Shown one piece after another: positions 22,243 to 32,663 of a DNA stretch of 64,000 nucleotides. The DNA comes from Longimicrobiales bacterium (lineage in GTDB: Bacteria > Gemmatimonadota > Gemmatimonadetes > Longimicrobiales > Gaopeijiaceae): assembly GCA_965219445.1 (NCBI GenBank), contig CBDCNQ010000002.1, forward strand, positions 288,001 to 352,000, read 5' to 3'. A program made the translations under genes and the position numbers. Each line of letters opens with the position of its first letter. The stretch's first letter is position 1. Under the pieces are notes generated by a model. It was not told the DNA's origin. It saw nothing but the letters and a program-made list of their open reading frames with translations, and ran no database searches.

Positions 22243-23396
22243 ATCGCTCGGGTCTGAAGCTTTCGGACGGGAGCGCTGACCCCACGATCCTGGTGCTCGC
22301 CGGCGAAGCCTCCGGTGATGAACATGCCGCGCGCCTCGTCGTGGCCCTGAGGGACCGGTGGCCACGGAGTCGGTTCCTCGGCATCGGCGGTGCGCGAATG
22401 AAGGGACAGGGGGTCGAACTACTCGCCGACCTCGACGGGCTGGCCGTCATGGGAGTCGCCGAGGTTTTCCCGCGACTCCCCTATCTTCATCGCCTGAGAC
22501 GGCGGCTCATCTCTCTGTTGGACAGCGGCGTCGTGGATCTCGTGATTCCGGTCGATTACGCGGGCTTCAATCTCCGCATCGCGAGGGCCGCCCGCCGGCG
22601 TGAGCTTCCCGTGCTCTACTATATCGCCCCGAAGGTCTGGGCGTGGGGTGCTGGCCGAGTAAAGAAACTGGCCGCCTATACCAACCGGTTGGCGTTGATT
22701 CTCCCCTTCGAGGTGAAGGCGCTGGAACGGGCCGGGGCGAATGCCACTTTTGTCGGACATCCCCTGATGGAGACGCACGCGCCGGAGCCTGAGCGACAAG
22801 CATTCTGTCGTCGGTGGCGTCTCGACGCCCAACGCCCGATTCTGGCGCTCCTCCCCGGATCCAGGCCCCAGGAGCTACGCCGTCACCTGGCCGTGTTTCT
22901 CGACGCGGGTCGCACGGTCCAGGATCGAGGGGGCGACGTACAGCTCGTATTCGCACGTGCTTCATCGATTCCGTCCTCGGCGTTCCGTACCGTCGGCGTA
23001 CCGGTGGTCGACGACGCTCGAAGCCTTCTCGCTCATTCGGCGGTGGCCCTGGTGAAATCGGGCACTTCAACGCTCGAGGCGGCCCTCGAGGGAACCCCGT
23101 GCGTGACGGCGTACCGAACGCATCCGGTCACGTTTGCCTTGGCGCGTCGCCTCCTACGAGTCGACCACATTGCGTTACCGAACTTGATCGCGGGACGAGA
23201 TGTTGTGCCCGAGGTGCTCCAGAATCAGGCGACCCCGCACCACCTCGCCGACCTTCTCCTGACGCTTCTCCCACCCGACTCTGCCGAGCGAGCCGAGATG
23301 ATTTCCGGCTTTCAAGGAATACGGGCCGCACTCGGCGAACCAGGGGCATCGTCGCGCGTAGCCGAGCTGGCGGTGGATCTTCTGGAGAACACGTGA
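22218..23396 (+). CDS. lpxB: lipid-A-disaccharide synthase (start uncertain)
   Basis: AGEASGD, YYIAPKVWAW, LLPGSR, KSGTSTLE. Confidence 0.95.
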   Translation: MVSGLPILNRSGLKLSDGSADPTILVLAGEASGDEHAARLVVALRDRWPRSRFLGIGGARMKGQGVELLADLDGLAVMGVAEVFPRLPYLHRLRRRLISLLDSGVVDLVIPVDYAGFNLRIARAARRRELPVLYYIAPKVWAWGAGRVKKLAAYTNRLALILPFEVKALERAGANATFVGHPLMETHAPEPERQAFCRRWRLDAQRPILALLPGSRPQELRRHLAVFLDAGRTVQDRGGDVQLVFARASSIPSSAFRTVGVPVVDDARSLLAHSAVALVKSGTSTLEAALEGTPCVTAYRTHPVTFALARRLLRVDHIALPNLIAGRDVVPEVLQNQATPHHLADLLLTLLPPDSAERAEMISGFQGIRAALGEPGASSRVAELAVDLLENT

Positions 23397-24064
23397 GACC
23401 CGCGTTGACTCGGGCCGGGCCCGCCGTGGTGGGCCTCACGGGCCGATATGCACTGAAGGCTCTTTTTCGTACCCTCCGCGTTCAGAGCACGGGCCAACAC
23501 CACGTGCTGAGTCTCAGGCAAAAGGGTACGCCGGTCATCTTCGTCTTCTGGCATGGTCGAATGTTGCCCTTGGTCCACGTCCATCGTTCCGAGGGCACCG
23601 TCGTACTCGTCAGCGAACATCGTGACGGGGATTACGTCGCAGGGCTTCTGCGTCACTTCGGCTTCGGGACGGTGCGAGGCTCGACTACGCGTGGCGGCGT
23701 ACGGGGATTGAAGGGACTGATCCGCGCAGCTCGTAGAGGACTGGATCTCGCCATTACCCCTGATGGCCCCCGAGGCCCCAACCGTGAGTTGAAGCGCGGC
23801 GCGCTGATCGCCGCACAAATCACGGGCCTCCCACTCGTCCCGGTAGGGGTCGGCGTCACTTCCGCTTGGCGCGCCCGAAGTTGGGACAGGCTCATGGTGC
23901 CCAAGCCATTTTCGACAGTGCGTGTCGCCTACGGTCGCCCCAGTTTCGTCGCGAGACATGCGGACCGGGCCGAAATCGACGATGTGGTCGGGTCGCTCAG
24001 ATCGGGACTGGTCGACCTCGCCGCCCAGGTCGGAGACACCGAGGCCGACACCAATCCCTCGTGA
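23393..24064 (+). CDS. DUF374 / lysophospholipid acyltransferase-family protein
   Basis: FWHGR, SEHRDG, VRGST, ITPDGPRGP, SWDRL; GTGA overlap with lpxB. Confidence 0.88.
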   Translation: MRPALTRAGPAVVGLTGRYALKALFRTLRVQSTGQHHVLSLRQKGTPVIFVFWHGRMLPLVHVHRSEGTVVLVSEHRDGDYVAGLLRHFGFGTVRGSTTRGGVRGLKGLIRAARRGLDLAITPDGPRGPNRELKRGALIAAQITGLPLVPVGVGVTSAWRARSWDRLMVPKPFSTVRVAYGRPSFVARHADRAEIDDVVGSLRSGLVDLAAQVGDTEADTNPS

Positions 24065-25089
24065 ACCGTCCAAGCGCGTGGCTCAGACGATCGTGGGACG
24101 GACAGAGCGGCCCCTTGGGCCGGATCATGATGGGCCTATTTCTCCCTGCGGAGGCGTTGTACCGAGGGGCCGTCCTTCTCCACAACCGGTGTCATGATCT
24201 CGGTATTCTGCCGGAATCCGAGGGCGGCATCCCTGTCATCTCGATCGGTAACCTCGCGGTCGGGGGGACAGGAAAGACACCGGTCGTGTTGTGGCTCATC
24301 ACGCGCCTCACCTCGATGGGGCACCGGCCCGCCGTAGTAACCCGGGGTTACGGTTCGGACGAGGTTCTGCTGTACGGGTTCCGGAATCCCGGTGTGCCGG
24401 TGGTGGTCCAGAAGTCGAAGGTCCAGGGAGTCGCCAGGGCGGCGAAGGAGGGGGCCACGGTGGCCGTCCTGGACGACGGCTTTCAGCATCGGGCAGCGAA
24501 AAGAGACGTCGACATCGTGCTCCTCGCGGCGGAGCAGGGGGCCGAAGGCCCCTTGCTTCCCCGTGGGCGCTTCAGGGAGCCACTGGGCGCGTTATCACGC
24601 GCCGACGCCGTCGTAATCAGCCGTAAGGTCGCCACCCGGGACGAAGCGTGCGCCGTGGGGCGCCTGGCCCTGGAAACGGCACCCGAGGCTGTTTTGGGGC
24701 AGATCCATCTCGCGGAGGACATTTGGACCGGCTTGGAGGGCGACCCACCGGCGGGAGCAGACGCCGGACCTCCGAGCGGTGATCTCCTAGCCGTATGCAG
24801 CATCGGAGAGCCCGACGGATTCCACAAGATGGTTCGCTCGAAGGCCAGCGGGGCGGTAGAGTGCATGGCCTTCCCGGATCACCACCCGTTTTCCGACAGG
24901 GATGTGCGCCGGATTCTGGAGCAAGCAGCCGGGAGGCCCGTCGTCATCACCGAGAAGGACGCTGTAAAGCTGAGGACGTTTGCGAAAGAAATGCCAAAGA
25001 CATGTGTTCTGCGCCTGCGGGTTGCGTGGGACTTCGGACAGGACGCCGTCATGGAACTCATTCGGCGAGCCCTGGATAAAGGCCCATGA
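24061..25089 (+). CDS. lpxK: tetraacyldisaccharide 4'-kinase
   Basis: IGNLAVGGTGKTP, LDDGFQH, FPDHH, TEKDAVK. Confidence 0.95.
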   Translation: MNRPSAWLRRSWDGQSGPLGRIMMGLFLPAEALYRGAVLLHNRCHDLGILPESEGGIPVISIGNLAVGGTGKTPVVLWLITRLTSMGHRPAVVTRGYGSDEVLLYGFRNPGVPVVVQKSKVQGVARAAKEGATVAVLDDGFQHRAAKRDVDIVLLAAEQGAEGPLLPRGRFREPLGALSRADAVVISRKVATRDEACAVGRLALETAPEAVLGQIHLAEDIWTGLEGDPPAGADAGPPSGDLLAVCSIGEPDGFHKMVRSKASGAVECMAFPDHHPFSDRDVRRILEQAAGRPVVITEKDAVKLRTFAKEMPKTCVLRLRVAWDFGQDAVMELIRRALDKGP

Positions 25090-25607
25090 AGATCACGGCC
25101 ATCGTCGTCGGGCCGGCTGGCGCTCCCTTTAAGGATGCCATACTCGAATACGAAAGACGGGCGGGACGGTATTGGAAGTTCAATGTGATCGAGGTAGCGT
25201 CGGGTGGGGGGGGGAAAGCGAAGGCCCACCCGGATCGTGTGATCGAAGCGGAAGAGACTCTTCTTCTCGCTCGACTCCCGGAGGACGCACAGATCGTCGC
25301 GCTTACGCGCACGGGCCGAGGTATGAGCTCGGCGGAGCTGGCCGGCTACCTCCAGGATCATGCGCTCCATGCGACCGCGGACGTGTGTTTCGTCGTTGGA
25401 GGAGCATTCGGCCTCGGCGCTGGTATCCTGGACCGCGCGCAAAGACGGTGGTCCCTTTCCGACTGTACGCTTCCGCATGAGCTGGCCCGACTCGTGTTGG
25501 CCGAGCAGTTGTATAGGGCCGGGACCATTGTCAAGAATGAACCCTACCACAAAGGACCGTCATCGACGAGCCAGCGGGTACGGTCGCCGAAGGGCCATCG
25601 TGCATAG
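25086..25607 (+). CDS. rlmH: 23S rRNA pseudouridine-1915 N3-methyltransferase
   Basis: SPOUT motifs VGGAFG, TLPHELARLVLAEQLYRA, EPYHK. Confidence 0.93.
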   Translation: MKITAIVVGPAGAPFKDAILEYERRAGRYWKFNVIEVASGGGGKAKAHPDRVIEAEETLLLARLPEDAQIVALTRTGRGMSSAELAGYLQDHALHATADVCFVVGGAFGLGAGILDRAQRRWSLSDCTLPHELARLVLAEQLYRAGTIVKNEPYHKGPSSTSQRVRSPKGHRA

Positions 25608-25643
25608 GATCTGGATCTGGAGGACCGACTGAACCTCGAGCTA

Positions 25644-27230
25644 TTGATAGGACGACCCTCGGGCACACCCCTGTTTGAGGAATACCTGCGCGGGGGCGGG
25701 GCGGTGGCTTCCTTCTACTCGGGGTCCTGGCAGGACCCGAAGGCCTATCGTGCCCTCTTGGATAGAGTCGACGAACGCTTCGATTCGGATGCCCGACGAC
25801 GAGCCCTCGAGGCACTGAGGGTCCCGGAGAGCATCGACCAGGGGCGGCTCGAGCGATGGATCGCGGAACGCGGTGTCGTGGTCACGACTGGCCAGCAGCC
25901 GGGACTCCTGGGAGGCCCTCTCTATTCACTCTACAAGGGCATCTCGGCGGTTCGCCTGGCGGAGCAGCTCGAGGAGTTGCTGGCCCGGCCCGTGCTCCCC
26001 GTTTTCTGGGTGGCTTCGGAGGATCATGACTGGGATGAGGCGGACCACACGTACCTCATCGGCACGGAAAACGAACTGGTCCGTCTTCAGGTGGCCGATC
26101 CGGGCCACGCCCACCGGGCTCTGCACCGTATTTCACTCGGCGAGGAGTTGACGGATGTGGTCGAGCAGGCCGTGCAAAACCTTCCGTCAACAGATTTCAG
26201 CGCTCGCTACGTCGACCAGCTTCGTGAGGCCTACAAGCCGGGGACAACCCTTGCGGATGGTTTCGCCGGGATTCTCTCCGACCTCTTGGCGCCGCTGGGT
26301 ATGTGCTTCGCCGACGCGGCGGCGCCCGCCGTCAAGGAGCTCTCGGGACCACTCCTGTTAGCGGAGCTCGATCGAGCCGAGGCGCATGAGGCCCTGCTCC
26401 GGGAGAATGCGGACAAGCTCGAAAGCGCCGGCTTTTCCCCGCAGGTGCCCATCTTGGAGGGCGCGGTCAATCTCTTCCTGGAGGGTCCCGAGGGACGGGA
26501 GCGGATCTACCGGAACGGGAACGACTTCGAGCTTCGCCGTTCCCATGAGTCGGTGTCGTCAGTGGAGGTACGTGAGCGTGTCCAATCCGATCCACTCACG
26601 CTGAGTCCGAATGTACTCCTCCGGCCCGTGGTCGAGAGTACGATTTTTCCCGTGATCAGCTACGTGGCCGGTCCCGGCGAGGCCGCTTATTACGCGCAGA
26701 TCAAGAGGCTCTTCGAGGCCCACGGACTCGTGATGCCGGTGATCTACCCCCGCCATGCCGTAACGGTGGTCGAGGCCAAGGTCCGAAAGAAGCTCGACAA
26801 GTTCGGCTTGGATGTGGAGAGCCTTCAACGTCCCCTGCACGAGATCGTGTCCGATATCGCGCGGGAGGAAGTGCCGGAGGTTGTACAGCGAACTCTCGCG
26901 GAACTCAAGAGCTCGGTGGCTCGGGGTTCGGATGATCTTCTCAAAGCCGCGACAGGCATCGATCCCACGCTGGAGGGTCCGGTCACGAACGCCCGAAACA
27001 ATGCCCTTGCCGCTTTTCAGGCCGCGGAACGAAAGATCTTACAGAGCGTAAAGCGGGAGAATGAAGTCGCGTCGAGTCAGCTCGAGGTGGCGCAACGCCA
27101 CCTCTTTCCGGACGGGCAGCCCCAGGAGCGCATGCTAACGCCCTTTTACTACCTGACTCGCTACGGGAGCGACTTTGTGGCATCCCTCGCCGAGAGGTTT
27201 ACGGTGGATTTGGATGACGAGACGGAGTAG
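25644..27230 (+). CDS. bshC: bacillithiol biosynthesis cysteine-adding enzyme BshC
   Basis: VTTGQQPGLLGGPLY, FWVASEDHDWDE, SPNVLLRP, GPGEAAYYAQ, PQER. Confidence 0.93.
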   Translation: MIGRPSGTPLFEEYLRGGGAVASFYSGSWQDPKAYRALLDRVDERFDSDARRRALEALRVPESIDQGRLERWIAERGVVVTTGQQPGLLGGPLYSLYKGISAVRLAEQLEELLARPVLPVFWVASEDHDWDEADHTYLIGTENELVRLQVADPGHAHRALHRISLGEELTDVVEQAVQNLPSTDFSARYVDQLREAYKPGTTLADGFAGILSDLLAPLGMCFADAAAPAVKELSGPLLLAELDRAEAHEALLRENADKLESAGFSPQVPILEGAVNLFLEGPEGRERIYRNGNDFELRRSHESVSSVEVRERVQSDPLTLSPNVLLRPVVESTIFPVISYVAGPGEAAYYAQIKRLFEAHGLVMPVIYPRHAVTVVEAKVRKKLDKFGLDVESLQRPLHEIVSDIAREEVPEVVQRTLAELKSSVARGSDDLLKAATGIDPTLEGPVTNARNNALAAFQAAERKILQSVKRENEVASSQLEVAQRHLFPDGQPQERMLTPFYYLTRYGSDFVASLAERFTVDLDDETE

Positions 27231-27241
27231 CTTCAGACATC

Positions 27242-27520
27242 ATGATTTCGATGATCTTTCTCCTCGTCCTCCTGATCCCGATTTTGGCGATCGTGCTGGA
27301 TTCCCCGGTGGGGCGAGCCCTCGCCGGACGCATGGAGCGTCGCGGGCTCCCCTCCGGATCTGACGACCTGACCTCCGAAAGGCTCGCTTACTTGGAGGGA
27401 GAGGTGGAGCGGCTGACCACTGAGGTGCGGAGGCTCGAGGAGGAGACCCAGTTCCTGAACAAGCTCCTCACCGCGCGGCCCGCCTCGCAGGTGCTCCCGC
27501 CCGGTGACCAGAGCCGTTAG
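27242..27520 (+). CDS. hypothetical small membrane-anchored coiled-coil protein
   Basis: N-terminal TM, SPVGRALA, coiled-coil tail; operon position. Confidence 0.75.
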   Translation: MISMIFLLVLLIPILAIVLDSPVGRALAGRMERRGLPSGSDDLTSERLAYLEGEVERLTTEVRRLEEETQFLNKLLTARPASQVLPPGDQSR

Positions 27521-29153
27521 CCCCCCCTCCAGAGCCGCCGAACGCTCCCGCGCTGCCTTCACGGTGGGCGCGGGCATTTTTTTCAGCCGTATCAGCGGGT
27601 TCGTCCGAAGCGTGCTGCTGGCCTCGTTCTTCGGAGCGTCAGGTCTGATGGACGTCTGGGTCGCGGCGACGAAGATCCCCAACGTGATTCAGAATCTTCT
27701 AGGAGAGGGGACACTCAGCGCCTCCGTGATTCCCGTGTACGCGGAATTTCTGGAAGAGGGGCGAGAGGAAGAGGCCGGCCGATTCGCCGGAGCCGTTCTC
27801 GGCATCCTCATGGTGGTGGCGGGAGGAGCCGCGCTCCTGGGGATGCTCTTGGCGCCTGTTTTCGTGCCGATTGCATTCTTCAGGTGGGACCCGGAAAAGC
27901 TGGCGCTCACCACGATCATCGTTCAGATCCTGTTTCCGATGACCGCCGTGCTCGTGGTGTCGGCATGGGCACTTGCGATCCTCAACAGCCATCGCCGGTT
28001 CCTGGCGTCGTATCTGGCTCCGGTCGCGTGGAACGGTGCGATCATCGCAACCCTAGTGGTGGTGGGGCTCGGCTTCGGCTGGTCCGGGCGTCAATTGCTT
28101 CTCGCGGCGGCCTGGGGTGCTCTGGGGGGCGGGATTCTCCAGTTTACGGTGCAGCTCCCGTACGTGGTGCCGCTCCTCGAGCACTTCCGTCTTTCCCTGG
28201 ACCGGAGCGTGAGCGGGGTGGGGGAGGCCGTCCGAAATTTCGTGCCCGTCGTGTCGGCCCGCGGCGTGGTCAACATCGGCAGCCTGCTCGACGTCATCGT
28301 CGCCGGGCTCCTCGCAGAGGGAGCACTGGCCGCTCTCGGATATGCCCAGATGCTGTACCTGCTCCCGATTTCCCTTTTCGGGATGGCCATCGCCGCCTCC
28401 GAGCTGCCTGAACTTTCCCGGCAGCGAAAGGCCCCCGCCAGCGAGGTCGCCTTACAGGTCTCAGCGGCCCTCGAGCGGATCCATTTCCTCCTTCTACCCT
28501 CCGTCGCCGCCTTCCTTCTGCTGGGCGACCTGTTTATCGGGGGCCTCTATCAAAGGGGCGAATTTCGGACCACCGACACGCCGGTCGTGTACGCCGTGCT
28601 CGCCGCGTATGCGCTGGGTCTCCTCGCGTCTTCAGGGTCACGGGTCCTATCCTCCGCTTTCTATGCGATGCGAGACACCCGGACTCCCGCTCGGATGGCC
28701 TATCTCCGCGTGGTTGTCTCCTTGGCCGTCGGCATCTCCCTGATGTTTCCGCTCGACCGGTTCGCCTCCGGCCAACTCCACTACGGAGCCACCGGTCTCG
28801 CACTGGGCGCGTCCGTCGCCGCGTGGCTGGAATACGCCCTGCTGAGGAGGCATCTGGCGAGGGTGCTCGGACCGCATGGCCCCGCCCGGTCCGTCAGCCG
28901 TCGTATTTTGGGAGCGACCGCCCTCGCGACACTCGCCGGAGCAGGCTCCAAGTGGATTTTGGGATCGACCGTGCCCCTTCATGACGGAGTGATCATGGGA
29001 TTCTTCGGTGATTCCTTGCTCTGGCTCGTACAGCCTGCGCTGGCAGCGAGTACCGCCTTCGTGTTTGGTGTCGTATACCTCATTGTGACCGCCCGTTTCG
29101 GTGTCGGCGCACCGCTCCACCAGCTCTTGGGGCGGGAACCCGAGCACTTCTGA
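27504..29153 (+). CDS. murJ: lipid II flippase MurJ
   Basis: SRISGFVR, IPN..LGEGTLS, FYAMRDTRTP; many TM helices. Confidence 0.94.
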   Translation: MTRAVSPPSRAAERSRAAFTVGAGIFFSRISGFVRSVLLASFFGASGLMDVWVAATKIPNVIQNLLGEGTLSASVIPVYAEFLEEGREEEAGRFAGAVLGILMVVAGGAALLGMLLAPVFVPIAFFRWDPEKLALTTIIVQILFPMTAVLVVSAWALAILNSHRRFLASYLAPVAWNGAIIATLVVVGLGFGWSGRQLLLAAAWGALGGGILQFTVQLPYVVPLLEHFRLSLDRSVSGVGEAVRNFVPVVSARGVVNIGSLLDVIVAGLLAEGALAALGYAQMLYLLPISLFGMAIAASELPELSRQRKAPASEVALQVSAALERIHFLLLPSVAAFLLLGDLFIGGLYQRGEFRTTDTPVVYAVLAAYALGLLASSGSRVLSSAFYAMRDTRTPARMAYLRVVVSLAVGISLMFPLDRFASGQLHYGATGLALGASVAAWLEYALLRRHLARVLGPHGPARSVSRRILGATALATLAGAGSKWILGSTVPLHDGVIMGFFGDSLLWLVQPALAASTAFVFGVVYLIVTARFGVGAPLHQLLGREPEHF

Positions 29154-29163
29154 GGATCCGGCA

Positions 29164-31002
29164 GTGGTCCAACTCGTGCTTCAGGATCAGCTCAAGAATC
29201 TACCCACCCGCTCCGGCGTGTACTTGTTCAAGGGGGCCGGGAGCGAGGTCGTCTACGTCGGGAAGGCCGGCTCACTGCGACCCCGGGTACGGAGCTATTT
29301 CAGCGCCTCCAGCCAGTCACCGAAGACGCGAGAGATGATGCGGCACGTCGTGTCATTGGAGACCATCGTCGTGGGCTCGGAGGCGGAAGCCTTGATCCTC
29401 GAAGCCAACCTGATCAAGGAGTATCAGCCGCGCTTCAACATTCAGCTCCGCGACGACAAACGGTACCCCTATATCAAGGTCACCACGAAGGAGCCGTTTC
29501 CGAGGGTCTTCGTGACCCGGAAGCTTCACGACGACGGGTCCAGGTATTTCGGACCGTACACGTCGGTAGGAGTGATGCGTGAGGCCCTCGAGGTCATCAA
29601 GCGGCTCTATACGGTCCGCTCCTGCAGTTACGATCTTCCCCGAGAGGCGCCGGAACGTGCCTGCCTGGACTACCATATCGGACGGTGCCTCGCCCCATGC
29701 GTCGGTTTACAGGACCAGGCCTCGTATGGGGAGATGATCAGGGAGATCCTCAAGATCCTGGACGGCGACACCGAGGGCGTGCGCAATCGGGTCGAGGGCC
29801 TCATGCAGGAGGCCTCGGAGGGTCTGGAATTCGAGCGCGCCGGCCGTCTTCGCGACGTCCTGTCCGGGCTCGACGCCTTGGCACGTCAGCAGCGCGTGGA
29901 GCGACTCAGGGGAGGGGATTATGACGTCGTAGGTCTGGCCCGCGACGGTGACCTGGCCGCCACCGTCGTCCTGAGAATCAGATCGGGGGTACTCCTGGGC
30001 CGCGACACGCAGAGATTTGCGAACGTCGGCGACGAGACCGATGCCTCCTTGATCACCACGTTCGCGTCCCGGTATTACCTGAGCAGTGGGACGAGAGGGA
30101 CCCGCCGAGGGTCGCATCTCCCTCGGGAGATTCTGATCCCGGCGGAATTCGACGATAGAGAGTTGATCGAGGAAATCTTGTCCGACGAGGCGGGGAGAAA
30201 GCTCCGCGTCTATGCCCCGAAAAAGGGGACGAAGGCACGGCTGTCCGAACTCGCGGCCGACAATGCACGCCACGCCCTCGAGGACCGCCTCACCGCGCTG
30301 GAGCAGGTCGAAGACCGGGCCGACAGCGTGCTTTACGATCTACGGGACCGCCTCGATCTGAAGATCGTCCCCCGTCTCATCGTCTGTGTCGATATCAGTC
30401 ATCATCAGGGATCTGAGACCGTGGGAAGCGCGATCGTATTCGAGAATGGCGCACCTAAGAAGAGCGAGTACCGGCATATGCGCGTCAAGGGAGAGTGGGG
30501 GAACGACGACTACCGCTCTATGGCGGAAGTCGTTTCCAGATATTTTCGGCGCAGGGTGGATGAGGAACGGCCCATCCCCGATCTTCTCGTCGTCGACGGC
30601 GGAAAGGGTCAACTCGGCGCCGCCCGGGGCGCACTCGAGGAACTCGGCGTGACCGATGTCGCCCTCGCGGCGTTGGCAAAACGAGAAGAGGTCATCTTCC
30701 GCCCCGATCGATCCGATCCCATCCGTCTCGGACCAAAGAATCCCGCCCTCCATCTCCTGCAGAGACTCCGTGATGAGGCTCATCGATTTGCCGTGTCCTA
30801 CAACCGTAAATTGAGGAGCAAGCGAACCCTGCGAAGTGATCTCTCTCAAATCCCCGGGATTGGCCCCGAACGGCAGAAACTCCTGCTCTCACGTTTTGGG
30901 TCGGTACGTGGCGTACGGGGGGCTACGGCGCAGGAAATAGCACGACTTCCCGGAATCAGCGAGACGCTTTCAGTGCGGATACTCACCTACCTGGGAAACT
31001 GA
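29164..31002 (+). CDS. uvrC: excinuclease ABC subunit C
   Basis: GIY-YIG (GVYLF..YVGKA), UVR motif, DISH, VDGGKGQ, RDEAHRFA, HhH. Confidence 0.96.
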   Translation: MVQLVLQDQLKNLPTRSGVYLFKGAGSEVVYVGKAGSLRPRVRSYFSASSQSPKTREMMRHVVSLETIVVGSEAEALILEANLIKEYQPRFNIQLRDDKRYPYIKVTTKEPFPRVFVTRKLHDDGSRYFGPYTSVGVMREALEVIKRLYTVRSCSYDLPREAPERACLDYHIGRCLAPCVGLQDQASYGEMIREILKILDGDTEGVRNRVEGLMQEASEGLEFERAGRLRDVLSGLDALARQQRVERLRGGDYDVVGLARDGDLAATVVLRIRSGVLLGRDTQRFANVGDETDASLITTFASRYYLSSGTRGTRRGSHLPREILIPAEFDDRELIEEILSDEAGRKLRVYAPKKGTKARLSELAADNARHALEDRLTALEQVEDRADSVLYDLRDRLDLKIVPRLIVCVDISHHQGSETVGSAIVFENGAPKKSEYRHMRVKGEWGNDDYRSMAEVVSRYFRRRVDEERPIPDLLVVDGGKGQLGAARGALEELGVTDVALAALAKREEVIFRPDRSDPIRLGPKNPALHLLQRLRDEAHRFAVSYNRKLRSKRTLRSDLSQIPGIGPERQKLLLSRFGSVRGVRGATAQEIARLPGISETLSVRILTYLGN

Positions 31003-31167
31003 GCGCCAGTGCGTGTCCCAGGACACCACACTAGAAAAGTTCAAACGAAGTGAACCCTGGCAGGTGTTTTGCTGTATGTTGTAGAGAATCTCCGCCCTGA
31101 TCGAGGCGGTTTCACGGCAGACCGCGCTCGTTCGCGGGCCGCATCACACGTTTCAGGAGAAAATCGG

Positions 31168-32538
31168 ATGTACTTCGGGGCCAGGATGCTCATCCTCACG
31201 GCGGGCGCCGCATTGATGCCTCACTTCGCCGAGGCGCAGGAGCCGCGCACGAGTCGGTATACTGCGATATCTGCGTTGCGGATCCAGGAGGCGCGGGGCG
31301 TGGAGAGCGACTCGCTCCGCGCGGAAGCTTGGGCTGAGGCGCTCCAGACCGTCTACGATGGTCTCCTCAGGGAGATCGACAATCCCGAGGCTTATCTGCA
31401 TCTGGGAATAGTTCACGCCGAGCTCAACCACTACTTAGCGGCGGATAGTGCGTTCGATCAGGCCGAGGCGATGTACCCGGAGTACGTGAACGAAGACGCG
31501 GGGACCACCTCATACCGCTTTAACGGATGGGTCGCAGCCTACAACGATGCGACCGCCTTGTTGGATGCGCAGGATCCCGAAGGGGCGGTAGAGATGTTCA
31601 GGGTCGCGAACATGCTTTTCGATAAGCGTCCCGAAGCGTACCTGAACGTTGGGGCCCAGCTGGTCGGTCTGAATGACCTCGATGGGAGCATCGAGGCTTG
31701 GCAAAGTGCCATCGCCGTAATGGAATCTCCTGACGCCGACCCCGGAGATGAAGCGACCCGCGTGGCGTGGGACACAAACTTATGGACGATGGCTTATACC
31801 AACCTTGGGCGAGTCCTCCAGATGGCTGAACGTACCGAGGAAGCCATTACCGTCTACCAGGCACTACTCGAACGCTATCCGGACAACGGGGAAGCGCGCA
31901 GTTCTCTGGCCGTGATGCTCGCTGCCTCTGGCCAGGGGGATGACGCGCTTGCGATCTTCGATCAAATCCTCGAGAGTGAAAACGGAACCCCTCTCGATTA
32001 CTACAATGCCGGTGTGTCACTGTACCAGGCCGAGGTGTTTGAAAAAGCCGTCATCGGGTTCGAGAAGGCGCTCGAACGAGTGCCCATGTACAGGGATGCG
32101 CTTCAAAACTTGGTCCAAAGCCTCAACACGATGGAGGCCTGGGAGGCCCAAATCCCTTATTCGGAGAGGCTCCTCGAGCTGGATCCCCACAACGAATTCG
32201 TCTACCAGTTGCATATCCGGGCGCTGGTTCAGGCTGGGCGTCAAGCGGATGGTGTCGCCCTACTCGAGATCATGCAGGCATTACCATTCATCACCGACAA
32301 TATCCTGCTTCAGCCGATGGCCGCGGGTGCGAGCGTTTCGGGCGTGGCCGTAAACAAGACGTTGCCGCCGGGCACATCCGTCACGCTGCGCTTCACGTTT
32401 TACGACAACGTGGGGAACCCTCTCGGCACCGAAGATACCGAGGTCACGATATCTGACCCTGACGTAGCCCATCAGTTTCAGGTTTCCTTCGAAGCGGACC
32501 AGGAGGTTATGGGATATGGCTACGAGTTCGTGAGCTAG
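31168..32538 (+). CDS. exported tetratricopeptide-repeat protein
   Basis: AGGAG RBS, signal peptide, multiple TPR-like helices, beta-rich C-terminal domain. Confidence 0.85.
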   Translation: MYFGARMLILTAGAALMPHFAEAQEPRTSRYTAISALRIQEARGVESDSLRAEAWAEALQTVYDGLLREIDNPEAYLHLGIVHAELNHYLAADSAFDQAEAMYPEYVNEDAGTTSYRFNGWVAAYNDATALLDAQDPEGAVEMFRVANMLFDKRPEAYLNVGAQLVGLNDLDGSIEAWQSAIAVMESPDADPGDEATRVAWDTNLWTMAYTNLGRVLQMAERTEEAITVYQALLERYPDNGEARSSLAVMLAASGQGDDALAIFDQILESENGTPLDYYNAGVSLYQAEVFEKAVIGFEKALERVPMYRDALQNLVQSLNTMEAWEAQIPYSERLLELDPHNEFVYQLHIRALVQAGRQADGVALLEIMQALPFITDNILLQPMAAGASVSGVAVNKTLPPGTSVTLRFTFYDNVGNPLGTEDTEVTISDPDVAHQFQVSFEADQEVMGYGYEFVS

Positions 32539-32545
32539 GGCCATC

Positions 32546-32618
32546 GCGGGCGTAGCTCAGTTGGTAGAGCATCAGCTTCCCAAGCTGAGGGTCGCCGGTT
32601 CGAGTCCGGTCGCCCGCT
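32546..32618 (+). tRNA. tRNA-Gly (CCC), CCA not encoded
   Basis: GCGGGCG/CGCCCGC acceptor stem, GCTC/GAGC D stem, TCAGC-TTCCCAA-GCTGA anticodon arm, GGTTCGAGTCC T arm. Confidence 0.97.
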
Positions 32619-32663
32619 TAGAGGGAAAAGGCATAGCTTAACAACTCCCTTCCAGGAATTGGA

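Noticed and set aside
32546..32618. tRNA-Gly as the att site of the integrase element
   Set aside because: No duplicated tRNA 3' end was spotted by eye, and 14 kb of mostly core genes separate it from the integrase.
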